Below, in pieces: positions 37,891-49,185 of a DNA stretch of 64,000 nt. Both the position numbers and the translations under genes were made by a program. A model generated the notes under the pieces. It worked only from the letters and a program-made list of their open reading frames with translations. It had not been told where the DNA came from and did not search any database. The number at the start of each line of letters is the position of its first letter. The stretch's first letter is position 1. The stretch spans positions 54,808,001 through 54,872,000 of the forward strand of contig NC_043007.1 of the NCBI RefSeq assembly GCF_006345805.1, in the 5' to 3' direction. The stretch comes from Octopus sinensis. Its lineage: Eukaryota.

Positions 37891-39788
37891 TTCCAATCTG
37901 GTGGATTTAGAAGTAGCCTAAGCCTGAGTTCCTTATTGCCACATTCCCAATCAGAGCCCTCTGCCTCAATTGTTTCTCAGCTACCAGCAACATCTTGGGT
38001 AGCACTCCTCTTTTGTACCTATGCAAAGTTCAATGCCAGCTCCTACTACGGTGGTCGTCTGGGAATCTCTGTACTTCTTTGGTAAGTCTTAGTAAAACTT
38101 CACCAACCTGAATTACACTTAGTAACAAAAATTTAGTCTCAAATTTTTGTAGGTAACATAACAGGTATCAAGTTAACTTTCATGAATGTTACATGTCTCA
38201 GAACTGTTCTCTATTAAACAGAGCAAGCTTAATAACTAAGAAGAGGTTAATATTTTAAAAATGAATGTTTACACAAGTAAATAGAATCAGTGATGTAATG
38301 AATAGCTGTTAATTAGAGCAATTCCAGATTCCTTTTACATCTGTTTCTTTTTTAACTTACTGTTCTAGTTTAGTAGTTGGAATATTTGGTTTGCTAGCAG
38401 CATAATTTCTCACTCTTTATGCCAGGTGTGAAATTCTAATCTTTCATTTTACTTGTTAGGTATGCTTTACTTCATAAACATTATCACTTTAATAATAAGT
38501 CTCTGAGCGAGGTATAAACAGATTTATTATTGCTTGTTTTCACTTTTTCGAGATCAGTGACTTTTCGTCACTGGAAAAAGTATATATATATATATTTGCA
38601 TTGAGAACCATTTCCCATCACCAACCAGTGGTTGTCACATGCTGATGACAGGTCAATATGCAGAAACTCAGGTCCATGTGTATCATGTCAGGCTGGAGAT
38701 GGGAAAATGACTTCCTTTTGCAAGTACTGATAGGGTACAGAATAAAAGACTATATGTTTGAAGTGGGACATGTACAATAATGCATTAAAGTTTTTTCAGC
38801 ATTGTGGAAAAACAAAAAACAAAACAAGTATGTTGCCGAAAATAGTCAAAAAAAAAAAAAAGAAACAAAATTAAAATTAACTAGTCTCCCTTTCCCAGCA
38901 ATTAAAAAGAAACTTGAATACATTTCAATTAAAAGAGAGTAATGAATGTTTCACATCACTGTCGAATTCCTTTGTAGACACACTTTTCATTTATTTGGGT
39001 TAATATTTTTATAAAAGACTTAGTTCAATAAAATAAGTAACAGAAGAATAAGTAATGGAGATGATATTATTGACTAAATAATTTCAAGGTGGTACCCCAG
39101 CATGACCACAGTCTAACACAATTTGAAAACTTAATTCTATAGATAGGGATTGTTTTTTGCATTATGTAATATGGTTAAAAATAATTTACTTGTTTTTGTT
39201 TTGTTTTTTTCGTTTTATTACATTTTTTACGAACATGAAGAAAAACTATTTGTTGACACTTAAAGCAGAAGCGAATCTTGTAATATTAAGCATTATAATT
39301 TATGGTTAATATACAAATAAACTTTATAGTTAAAAAATTTTTTTATATTAATTTCTAATTTATTCAGAGTAATATGAATTTTTTAATGTGGGAAAAAAAA
39401 TAATAAACCAGACACAGTCTTGCACTTCTTCAATCATTATATTATAAATATTAGCAATCAAAGAATTTGTGCCAAGGCACCTGTAACAGTTATACTTTAT
39501 TGTGGTTGGAATCATTTAGCCTTGTAGAATGTCTGCAGCTGTTTAGAGTTGAAGTACTTCTTGGTTTTAGAGAGAAAGGTAAGTCTTGGATACAAATTAG
39601 GCAGTACTAAAAGAAAATTTCTCAGATATTCAGTTCTAGCTTGCATGTATGAATTGTGAAAAAGATATGTCCATAAAAAAATAAAGATAAAAAAGCTTTT
39701 TGTGAGTTTATGAATTTCAGACTTAATCAAGTTTTTCATAGTAGATAAGATACTTGTAAAGTTTTATTTTTATTTTATGTTTTCCTAG

Positions 39789-40166
39789 GACAAGAAAATT
39801 CAGAAGGTTCTTCGAAAACATCCTGGTGTTCCCATCATTTTCATTGATAGAACTGTCTGTATTGAGCAACCAAGCAAAGCTTCTCAGCAAATAGCAACAG
39901 ATGGTTTTGCTGGAGAAGTGGAGGAATTAAATTATGAAGACAAAGTATTAAATCAGTTAAAAGACAAGATTTTGGTTAAAAAACCTCATGTTGATTTTAA
40001 GAAGCGAAAGTCAAAAAAGGGAGCTAATCCATTGTCATGCAAGAAAAAGAAAGTTGTAAATGCTGTTCCTAGCATAGACAATGGCGTCAAAAAATCTCGC
40101 AAAAGAAGAAAAAAATATAAGGTTTCTTCTCATATTAAAGAACTTTTGAAAAATATTCATCAATGA
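39789..40166 (+). CDS. UTP23: UTP23 coding exon 3 (terminal)
   Basis: Acceptor TTTCCTAG; DKKIQKVLRKHPGVPIIFID..IEQPS..GANPLSCKKKK (the conserved PNPLSC.KKKK motif) and a basic tail to TGA. The spliced product is ~246 aa. Confidence 0.93.
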   Translation, partial: DKKIQKVLRKHPGVPIIFIDRTVCIEQPSKASQQIATDGFAGEVEELNYEDKVLNQLKDKILVKKPHVDFKKRKSKKGANPLSCKKKKVVNAVPSIDNGVKKSRKRRKKYKVSSHIKELLKNIHQ

Positions 40167-40914
40167 AATACGTTCATCTCAATTTCATTAAAAATTTATA
40201 AATATTATCTCTTCAAATCTTTTTTAATGGTACATTTTTATTAGATCGCTGTAGGTAGGAAATGGAATATTGCAGTTGTTCATTTAACTGAACTATCTCC
40301 TCATGGAAGTAGTGCGTTAGTGGCTGAGTATTCTACAAATTGTTGTATCCTCAACTTAATCTTCAGGCAAAATGATTGTGATCTAATGACAAGGTTGGTA
40401 CTTTGATGCATCTATAGAGCAATTCAAAGCTTCCACACAGTTCCCACGTATCCAGTTTTACTACCAAGGATAGGGACAGTTTGAGGCAATGGTAAAATAT
40501 GCTGTGATTTTGCTTGTCACTGTTTTATGGGGTCAGATTTAATTTATAGACTAGTTTATCAAATCTTTGTATATCTAAGGCTAAAAGAACAAGGAGTAGT
40601 GCCTGCTAGGAAGCGGGCTGAGGGAGTTGACAGAAATCATAGTGGGTATAGTCATAAAAAACTATCAAGATTTATTTGAAGCAATATAATAAGCTTTGGT
40701 CAAGAAATTCTTAAATCAAGATGTTAGCTGACAATTAAAGGAGCAAGCCAATAGTAGACCATTGATAATGAAATAGGGGAAATCTTATGTGATGTAATGA
40801 TTGCATTGTTCAATTAAATGGAGTAGCTTGAAGCGATCATACTGCATTACCTCTCTATATCCTTGTTGCTTATTTTGATTTTATATATACATATATATAT
40901 ATGTAGTATAGAAA

Positions 40915-41575
40915 ACCTTTGACAGGGTCCCCCAATCCCTTATCTGGTGGTCAATGAAGAAACTAGGGATAGATTGGTTAGTGAGAGCTGTGTAAGCCAT
41001 GTACAAGGATGCTGTAAGTAAGGTGAGGGTTGGCAACAAGTACAGTGAAGAATTCCAGGTAGAGGTAGGGGTTCAGTGCTCAGCCCCTTCTTATTTATCA
41101 TAGTCCTCCAGGCAATAACAGAGGAATTCAAGACAGTTGCCCCTAGGAGCTCCTCTATGCTGATGACCTTTCTCTAATTGCTGAGTCACTATCAGAACTG
41201 GAGGAAAAGTTTCAGGTGTGGAAGCAAGGATTAGAATAGAAGGGCCTTAGAGTCAACCTAGCTAAAACCAAAGACCTAATAAGTAGGAAGGTAGACAAAC
41301 CACAAATCCTTTCAGGTAGATGGCCCTGCTCGATCTGTAGAAAAGGCATAGGTGGAAACTATAAGATGTACCCAGTGTAAGCTATGGACACTTAAGAGGT
41401 GCAGCAATATCAAAGGAAGGCTAACTGGGAAGATAGTTTTTGTATGTGGCAGATGCTCAGGAGCAATAAACACTGAAAATGTGCAGAGAAAAACTAGAAG
41501 TAGTTGATAGCTTCCGTTACCTAGATGACCAAGTCAGTAGTGGGGGTGGGTGCACTGAAAGTGTAGCTACTAGTA
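40915..41575 (+). mobile_element. RTE LINE reverse-transcriptase core fragment, frameshifted
   Basis: Pieces read DRVP..LIWWSMKKLG, SVLSPFLFIIVLQAITEEFKT, LLYADDL and KGLRVNLAKTK, followed by a Cys-rich CSICRKG..CTQC stretch. Confidence 0.85.
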
Positions 41576-42861
41576 TAAGAATATAGATATATATATGTAT
41601 ATATACTTCCGACATGCTTCGAAGATATTGGTATTATTCCAAAAGAACAAAATGGTGTGAAACAATGTAGTCTTCTCTTCAAGGAAATGAAGAAATAAAA
41701 CTTGTCAATAAGACATTTTAACAGAATATGATGGATATGTAAAGTGATGAAAAATACACACATGTATTTATATATACTTCATATATTTCCATATAACCTG
41801 CTAATAAAATAGTTACAGCATATGGAGTTATCTCTTATGATAAAAGGCAGATTTTCTCTGCCTGTTCCCATGTTTCTTTTTAATACAATTCTACAATATA
41901 GAATTTCTTCAATTGGAATTTACCTATGATTTTTCCAAGTAGATTCGATTGGGTCATGGCATGTAAAGTGTTTCCAATTTGACCCCCAATTAAGCAAAAA
42001 TTCGAGAAAACTCAATATTTTACGATTTGCCTCTCTCATTTCAAGTCGTTTACTCCTGCTATTACCACCACACTTTCTCCTACTTTCTCTTTGCAAGTGT
42101 GAAAGTATTATATAACAGGGATGAGCCATTAATACTGGTCATCCTTTTTGCTAGAGGAAGATCCGCTATGGTCTTATATGCTACACCACTGGTTTTCAAT
42201 TCATATTAATCAAATTAATATTCAATTTTTCACCCTTATTATGTGTGTGTGTGTATTAGCAATTCGTATAAAATTGCATCAATGACTTGAACTTGAATAA
42301 GTGGTTTCACATAAATGGGGATAAATTAAAAAGGTTTGTTGTTATTATTACTGTTTCACTATTGTAATCACGTTTGTTGGTTCCTCGTCAGGGAAACGTT
42401 GTGTTGCATTTGTTAAATAATTGTAAACCGTAACCCTCCCCCTTTCGGAGAAGGGGCTTTGGTTATTGTTTAAAAATTGAATTGTGTCCCTGTTTGGGGA
42501 AATTGACAATATTTTCACCGTCTTTACGGAAGCATTTTTGTTAAAATGCCTTTGATAGAAGAAAGTCCAAAAATGAATTTCGCTGCAGCCATACACTTCT
42601 ATAGAAGAGGGAGGACAAGATCCAATTGATCGAAATTGCAAGAGACGGGCCTACAATTACAGTCTGTTATATATTTTGAGTATTGTTATCACTAGCGATA
42701 TCAAGATATAACTTTGTATTTTGTATTTTATGTGTAGATGTATATATATATAGATGTACATGTAATATGTACACATATATATATGCATAATATATCTACC
42801 CATATGCACACACACACACACACACACATACATAGGGGCAGGTGTGGCTGTGTGGTAACAA

Positions 42862-45196
42862 ACTACGTTCGAAGATACTGTACTTGATATGGGCGGTAGT
42901 GCCTTGCCGGTCTATGGCCTACCTTCAACAAACTGGGAAGGCACAAACACTCTGTCTTCACATTTGCTGCGTGAGACGTTTTAATGTTGACGAGCTTGCC
43001 GAGTACATAGCCGACAATGAGCCAAAGCTCCTTCCAGAACAGAAGTTCGCTTACAACTCTGTTGTTAATTAAGTCCGGGCCAAAGCTGGAGGGATTTTTT
43101 TCCTGGACGCTCCTGGGGGCACTGGGAAAACTTTTGTCAAATTAATATTGGCTGAGATTAGGTGAACACAAGGCATTGCCCTAGCTGTGGCATCATCTGG
43201 AATTGCGGATACTTTGTTGCCAGGCGGCAGGACAGCTCACTCCACTTTCAAGCTCCCGCTTGACTTAGCGAAGACTGAGACACCAACTTGCAACATCAGT
43301 AACAGCTCCGATCAGGCAGAAGTCTTCAGACAATGCAAGCTTATCGTTTGGGATGAATGCACGATGGCCCACAGAGGTGCTCTTGAGGCACTAGATAGAT
43401 CTCTCAGAGACATCAAACACTCTTCAGCTCCCATGGGAGGTATAACACTTCTTCTTTCAGGGGACTTCCGGCAAACACTTCCCGTTATTCCCAAAGGGAC
43501 TAGAGCTGATGCAGTAAGTGCGTGTCTTAAGTCATCCACATTGTGGCCACTGGTGAAGACTCTCAAACTTCACACCAATATGCGTGCTCATATGCGATGT
43601 GATATCACATCAGCAGCATTTTCTCACACCCTCCTTGCACTTGGCGAAGGCAAAATACCAGGGGATGAAAATGGTAATATTGCCATAGATTCCATTTGTA
43701 CCATTGTTAAAACGCCTTCTGATCTCAGAGATGCAATGTTCCCAGATCTACAAGCTAATTATCAGAATATGGATTGGATTGGCCAAAGGGCTATTCTGGC
43801 CCCAAGGAATAAAACTGTTCACCATATTAATGATGAAATGCTAAAACTCATTCCTGGAGATGTCTATGTATATAAGTCTAACGATACAACTCCTGACCCA
43901 GAGGATGTCATCAACTATCCAATAGAGGTACTCAATTCCTTTGAGCCCCCCAGACTACCACCGCACATTCTCAAACTTAAAGTTGGTGCCCCTATAATGC
44001 TTATTACAAATTTGGTTCCCCCAAAACAATGCAATGGCACACGTTTGATCGTTAAGTCCTTATCTCCCAATCTGATTGAGGCCACCATTATCACAGGGTG
44101 CAGTCGAGGCAACATTGTGCTCATACCTAGGATGCATCTTTTCCCATCAGGAGCAGATCTACCTTTCATATTTCGGAGGTCCCAGTTCCCAGTAAGGCCA
44201 TGTTTCGCAATGTCAAACACTGTCTGTGGTGGGAATACATTTGGGAGAGCCATGTTTCTCTCATGGTCAGCTTTATGTTGCCTGCTCGCGTGTCGGCAGT
44301 AACAGTGATGCTTTCGCATTCGTTCCACAACGAAAAACAAAAAGCATTGTGTACAAGGAGGTTTTATAGGATTACTACGTTTCATCATTTTTGAACACGT
44401 TAGTATTTCACTTACATATGACTCTCTTTTATGATGGCATTTACATTTTTAGGCGTTTCATGACATTAATTCACACTTAAACAACACCTGTCCTTCGCTC
44501 ACCTCTATTTCTATCCATTCATCATCAAACCACCAGCCTCATCTTCTATATCCAACGTACATGACACATCTACCCCCTACATCTACACTCTCACTGTTAA
44601 AGTTTACATAAGCGACAACACGATCGCAACATACACTTTGGAAACTAAGCAACAGATCATTTTATACAACAACAAATTTAATCATAACGTCCATCAATGA
44701 AAACATCTCCACCACTGTGTTGTGATTCATCTATTCAGCACCACTACAGTCTTGCTGGTCTGACATATGGTGAGTAGATGCTATTGTTCTATATTTTATA
44801 AATTACCCATGCTCCATTCCCCTCTTGCCTACATAGGGCATCCATTCTCTTTTAACACAGCATGAAGTTTTGTAACAGCACATCCGCTGCCGTTCGTGGA
44901 AAATGAAGAGACCCTATTCACCTGTGAACGTTTTACACCGCCTTCCACGACTATCAAATTCTTACAATTATGAGAACAATAACATGGCTCTTTTCAAAGC
45001 AACCTCGCATTCAATTCTTACACCATTCTACGAGGGGGTAGGAACCCCTTTACACGGCTTTCTATACACTTACAAATTCATTCATTCGCCGTAAACTTAT
45101 ATCAATATTTGCCTGAATAATCATCATAATTCAGTGCAATCATTAACAGTACTTTCAAGCAATTCAGCCCCAACCATCGCTGGGCTATTCTGCTAG
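42862..45196 (+). mobile_element. Helitron 3' part: PIF1-like helicase pseudogene plus 3' terminus
   Basis: FFLDAPGGTGKT, ASSGIA..LLPGGRTAHSTFKLP, IVWDECTMAH, GDFRQTLPVI, LKLKVGAPIML and RSQFPVRPCFAM. Terminal hairpin AGCCC..GGGCT followed by CTAG|T at 45193-45197. Confidence 0.92.
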
Positions 45197-45199
45197 TTT

Positions 45200-47100
45200 A
45201 ATACAAACACATCTCTTAAGGATATACACATTCCCCCAAAGAATGCTTTCCTTAAGCAACTTGTTAATAAGACAAATTCCTTTATTAACCATATCAGATG
45301 GCTCTCCTTTTTCTTCGACAGGAAGGACATTCAACAACTCACTAATGATATAACCTATGAATTTAACAAATTGTTTAAATCTAAAAATAATCCTCCACCT
45401 AACCCAAGATTGAAATAGTTTGAAGATGATCTTGGGTCCATTGTGTGAAATTTAAAATTTCACCGATCACTGCTAAGGAATAAACATCTGAGGTATCTTC
45501 ACAATATCACCAAGGAAATTAATACCATGGATAGTATGCTGGTTCAATTGAATAAAATGTGAAACCTGTACAAACTTAACAAGGACTACTACTTGGAACT
45601 GCTTAAAAAAGAAATAAAAAAACAACTATAGAATTACCAATAAAAGTGTACTCAAGAAAGCCAACCTTGAGTACACGTTTATCTCTAAGTTATAGATGAT
45701 GAAGACAGAACCACTTGATCCTAAGCAACCTAATTTTATTTTGAAAGATCATAAATATAATTTTTTTAATAAATCATCCTTAAGACTTACCTGTCCTAGC
45801 TCTGACATCAGTGTACTTAGTAAAAATATTCAAGATAAATATATTCCTACATTAATTTAAAAATTAAAGCTTAGTTTATGGTCCAACTCATTCCAAGTCG
45901 TTGACTGGTTTAGTTCTATTACTACTAAGAGAAGTACTAAGTTTATCCAGTTTGACATTTCTAATTTTTATTCCTCCATCAACACAATAGTACTTAATAA
46001 GGCACTTTGGCTTGTTCATAACAAAGCTGGTCTCACCAAGGAAGAAATTAATGTTGTGTTGGTCACCAGAAAATCTATCATAAAGTTTGACAATAAGATG
46101 TGGGTCTGTAAAGACACACCTGATGGTTTTGATGTCACGATGGGAAGTTCTGATTCAGCACAAGTAGCTGATTTAGTCTGTATATATATAAACTTTTTGA
46201 AGTGGCAGAACAGTTCCCAAGCATCAATGGAGGTCTATATCGTGATAATTGTTTACTTTACCTTCAAAATGTTTCTGACCAAAAAGTTAAGAATAGTTTA
46301 ATTAAGTTTTTCCATAGAATGGGCTTGGGCATCATTTCTAATGATGATGAAACAAAAGCCAACTTTTTAGATATTACATTTAACTTACACAATAATTCGT
46401 ACTTCCCATACCACAAACCATCGACCAATCTTAAGTATATTAGCCAATTCAGTAACCATTCTAGGGCAATCACTAGGAACTTAGTTTTCGCTCAATAAAC
46501 ACTCACAACGCCCAGCCTGGGAATCGAAACTGCGATCCTATGACCGCGAGTCCGCTGCCCTAACCACTGGGCCATTGCGCCTTCACACATTTACTAATAC
46601 TAACATTAATTTAGCTAATACCCTTAGAAATATTTCTACCCTTAGAAATATTAATAACAGGGTTATTGTCTCTGAAGTCAATTCCAACAGAATTAAGTTT
46701 ATGTCAAGTAATTCTAAAATTAAAAATTCTATATACTCGTGTAAAATTACTTCAAGTACCAATGTCTTTTTTATTATATAGGTAGTTCTTCTTGTCAGTT
46801 ATCCAAAAGAATTTCTAATCATTACTCTACATTTAGGAATAGGAATAAACGTAACAGTACAGGGCTTAGTAAATTAATTTGGTATCTAAAAGACCATAAT
46901 AAACAATTTAATTTAGATTGGTTGAATCTCTCATTTTTGTTTCCTTATGATAAAGGCAAGGAATTCTGTCTTCTCTGTAATTCTGAACTATTTTTTATTA
47001 TTTTTTCTAAAAATCCCCTTATAAACACAGTTACAGAGCATGCTTACCAATGTAAACATCAGCAGAAACACACCTTTAGTTCATATAAGTGATATCTATC
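45200..47100 (+). mobile_element. Full-length but decayed Naiad-type PLE
   Basis: SLKDIHIPPKNAFLKQLVNKTNSFINHIRW at the start; DGFDVTMGSSDSAQVADLV, GGLYRDN and NFLDITFNL; endonuclease remnants near 46730-46920; many stops. Confidence 0.82.
46485..46581 (-). mobile_element. tRNA-like SINE head inserted in the PLE
   Basis: Minus strand GGCGCAATGGCCCAGTGGTTAGGGCAGCGG...GTTTCGATTCCC with A- and B-box-like motifs. Confidence 0.7.
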
Positions 47101-47384
47101 ATTATATATAATTTAAAAAATTGATTTTCTTCTTACATTTCACTTTCACAAGATATATCTTTTTCTAGAACTTTAGGGTTTCATTTAATTTACATATAGT
47201 TCTATACTTCTCATTTATTTGATTTCTGATTTTTTTCCTCTTTACCCTTCCTCTTTCTATAGGCTAGCTTTGACGTTATATCCTCTAACGTTTTTTTAAA
47301 AAAATCTTAATAACGTTCAGTTCATCACTTTACATATACATCATATTCTGTTAAAATGTCTGATTGACGAGTTTTATTTCTTCA

Positions 47385-47471
47385 TTTCTCTGAAGAGAAG
47401 ATTACATTATTTTACATCATTTTACTCCTTTGGAATAATACCAATGATATCTTCGAAACATGTGTCGGAAG
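47385..47471 (+). ncRNA. Hammerhead ribozyme, long stem II
   Basis: tttct-CTGAAGA-gaagat...atcttc-GAAAC-atgt-GTC-ggaag. Confidence 0.72.
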
Positions 47472-47869
47472 TAAAGGAATTTGAGTAATACCTGCGTTTA
47501 ACTCCATTTATTTATTTATATATATTATACAAAATATTTCAATTAAACCCGGAGTTTCTACCTTTAAAAACAAAGTGTTATGCCCCTTTTACTTGTGTGA
47601 TTTTTGTCACCCTGGTAACTATTTATCTATTTTTTCTGTATTAATTGTAAACAAGGGAAAAATACACACATCTATATATATTAATGGATGAATGAATTAT
47701 CCTTTGTTTACCGTTAACATGGAAAATTCAATAAACAGTTACCAGGGTAGCAAAATTCATGCAAGTAACAAGGATGTAGCGACCTATTCAAAGGTAGAAA
47801 CTGTGCAATAATTTGCGTAGTATAAGTAAATAAATGGAGTTGAATGCAGAAGCTATTCAAATTCTTTTA

Positions 47870-47952
47870 CTTTTGACATATGTTTCAAAGACAACATTGG
47901 TTTTATTCCAAAGGAATAAACGGTGTAAAATGCAATCTTCTCATCAGGAAAG
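47870..47952 (-). ncRNA. Hammerhead ribozyme, long stem II; C-A mismatch next to the cleavage site
   Basis: Minus strand ctttc-CTGATGA-gaaga...tcttt-GAAAC-atat-GTC-aaaag. Confidence 0.6.
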
Positions 47953-48264
47953 AAAGAGAACCTATCTCAACAACAAGACATTATAACAATTTTGATGACT
48001 GCATAAATGATAAACCGGACGCTATTAAGTATTTTTTAAAAGCCATTAGTAGATTCAACGTCAAAGGCAGACACTAGGAAGAGAAGGGGTAAAGAAATAA
48101 TAAGTAGAGAACAAATAAAGAGGGATATATTGGTTGAAAAAACGTTCTGCCTTTGACGTCGAATCTGCTAACGGTTTTTTTAAAATACTTAATAGCGTTC
48201 TGTTTATCATTTACTCAGTCATCAAAATTGTTATAATGTCTTGTTGTTGAGATAGGTTCTCTTT

Positions 48265-48347
48265 CTTTCCTGATGAGAAGATTACATTTTACAACGTTTA
48301 TTCCTTTGGAATAAAACCAATGTTGTCTTTGAAACATATGTCGAAAG
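48265..48347 (+). ncRNA. Hammerhead ribozyme, long stem II
   Basis: ctttc-CTGATGA-gaaga..acaac.tttattcc(ttt)ggaataaa..gttgtcttt-GAAAC-atat-GTC-gaaag; perfect 5-bp stem I. Confidence 0.82.
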
Positions 48348-48403
48348 TAAAAGAATTTGAATAGCTTCTGTGTTCAACTCCATTTATTTACTTATATATA
48401 TAT

Positions 48404-48435
<32 letters not shown>

Positions 48436-48439
48436 TGGT

Positions 48440-48625
48440 CCAAGGTCACGTAAAAAGCACCCACTACACTCTCAGAGTGGTTGGCATTAGGAAGGGCATC
48501 CAGTTGTAGAAACTCTGCTAAATCAGGATTAGAGTCTGGTGCAGCCATCTGGTTCACCAGCCCTCAGCCAAAATCGTCCAACCCATACTAGCATGGAAAA
48601 CGGACGTTAAATGATGGTGATGATG
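48440..48625 (+). mobile_element. RTE 3' UTR fragment
   Basis: ...CATGGAAAACGGACGTTAAATGATG(ATG)n tail. Confidence 0.72.
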
Positions 48626-48953
48626 ATAATGATATATATAGATATATAAGTCCATGTTGAGAAGAAAGATGAAGTGAACTATTGACCAAATTTGAAATTA
48701 CTGGAACGTCAAGTGAAGCAAGTACGTTATTATAAGCCCCATCTACTGTTTCTGGAAATTCGGGCATGAAATAATCCATTCTACTACAGCCACAAGGCCT
48801 GAATTTTGGTGGGGAGGTTTAGTGAAGTACACTGATCTCAGTATTTAACTGGTATTTATTTCATTCTGAAAGATGAAAAGCAGTCAACCTCAGTGGAAAG
48901 TAAAGACAGATGAAATACTACTAAGCATTTTGTCCAGCATGGTATTGGTTCTA

Positions 48954-49185
48954 AGGCGGCAAGCTAGCAGAAACGTTAGCACGCCGGGCGAAATGCTTAG
49001 CGGTATTTCGTCTGCCGTTACGTCGTGAGTTCAAATTCCGCCGAGGCCGACTTTGCCTTTCATCTTTTCGGGGTCGATAAATTAAGTACCAGTTACGTAC
49101 TGGAGTCGATGTAATCGACTTAATACCTATGTCTGCCCTTGTTTGTCCCCTCTGTGTTTAGCCCCTTGTGGGTAATAAAGAAATA
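48954..49185 (+). mobile_element. tRNA-derived SINE (family 2) with 13-bp TSD
   Basis: B-box GAGTTCAAATTCC; tail TGTCCCCTCTGTGTTTAGCCCCTTGTGGGTAATAAAGAAATA. TSD GGTATTGGTTCTA at 48941-48953 and 49186-49198. Confidence 0.9.

Larger units (their letters stand above)
47821..48397. repeat. Inverted pair of ~250-bp pLTR-like units
   Basis: ~47821-48071 is the reverse complement of ~48147-48397, with a ~75-bp spacer. Confidence 0.9.

Noticed and set aside
46485-46581. Functional tRNA gene
   Set aside because: No complete cloverleaf, and it continues into SINE-like sequence inside a PLE; the same applies to 63770-63960.
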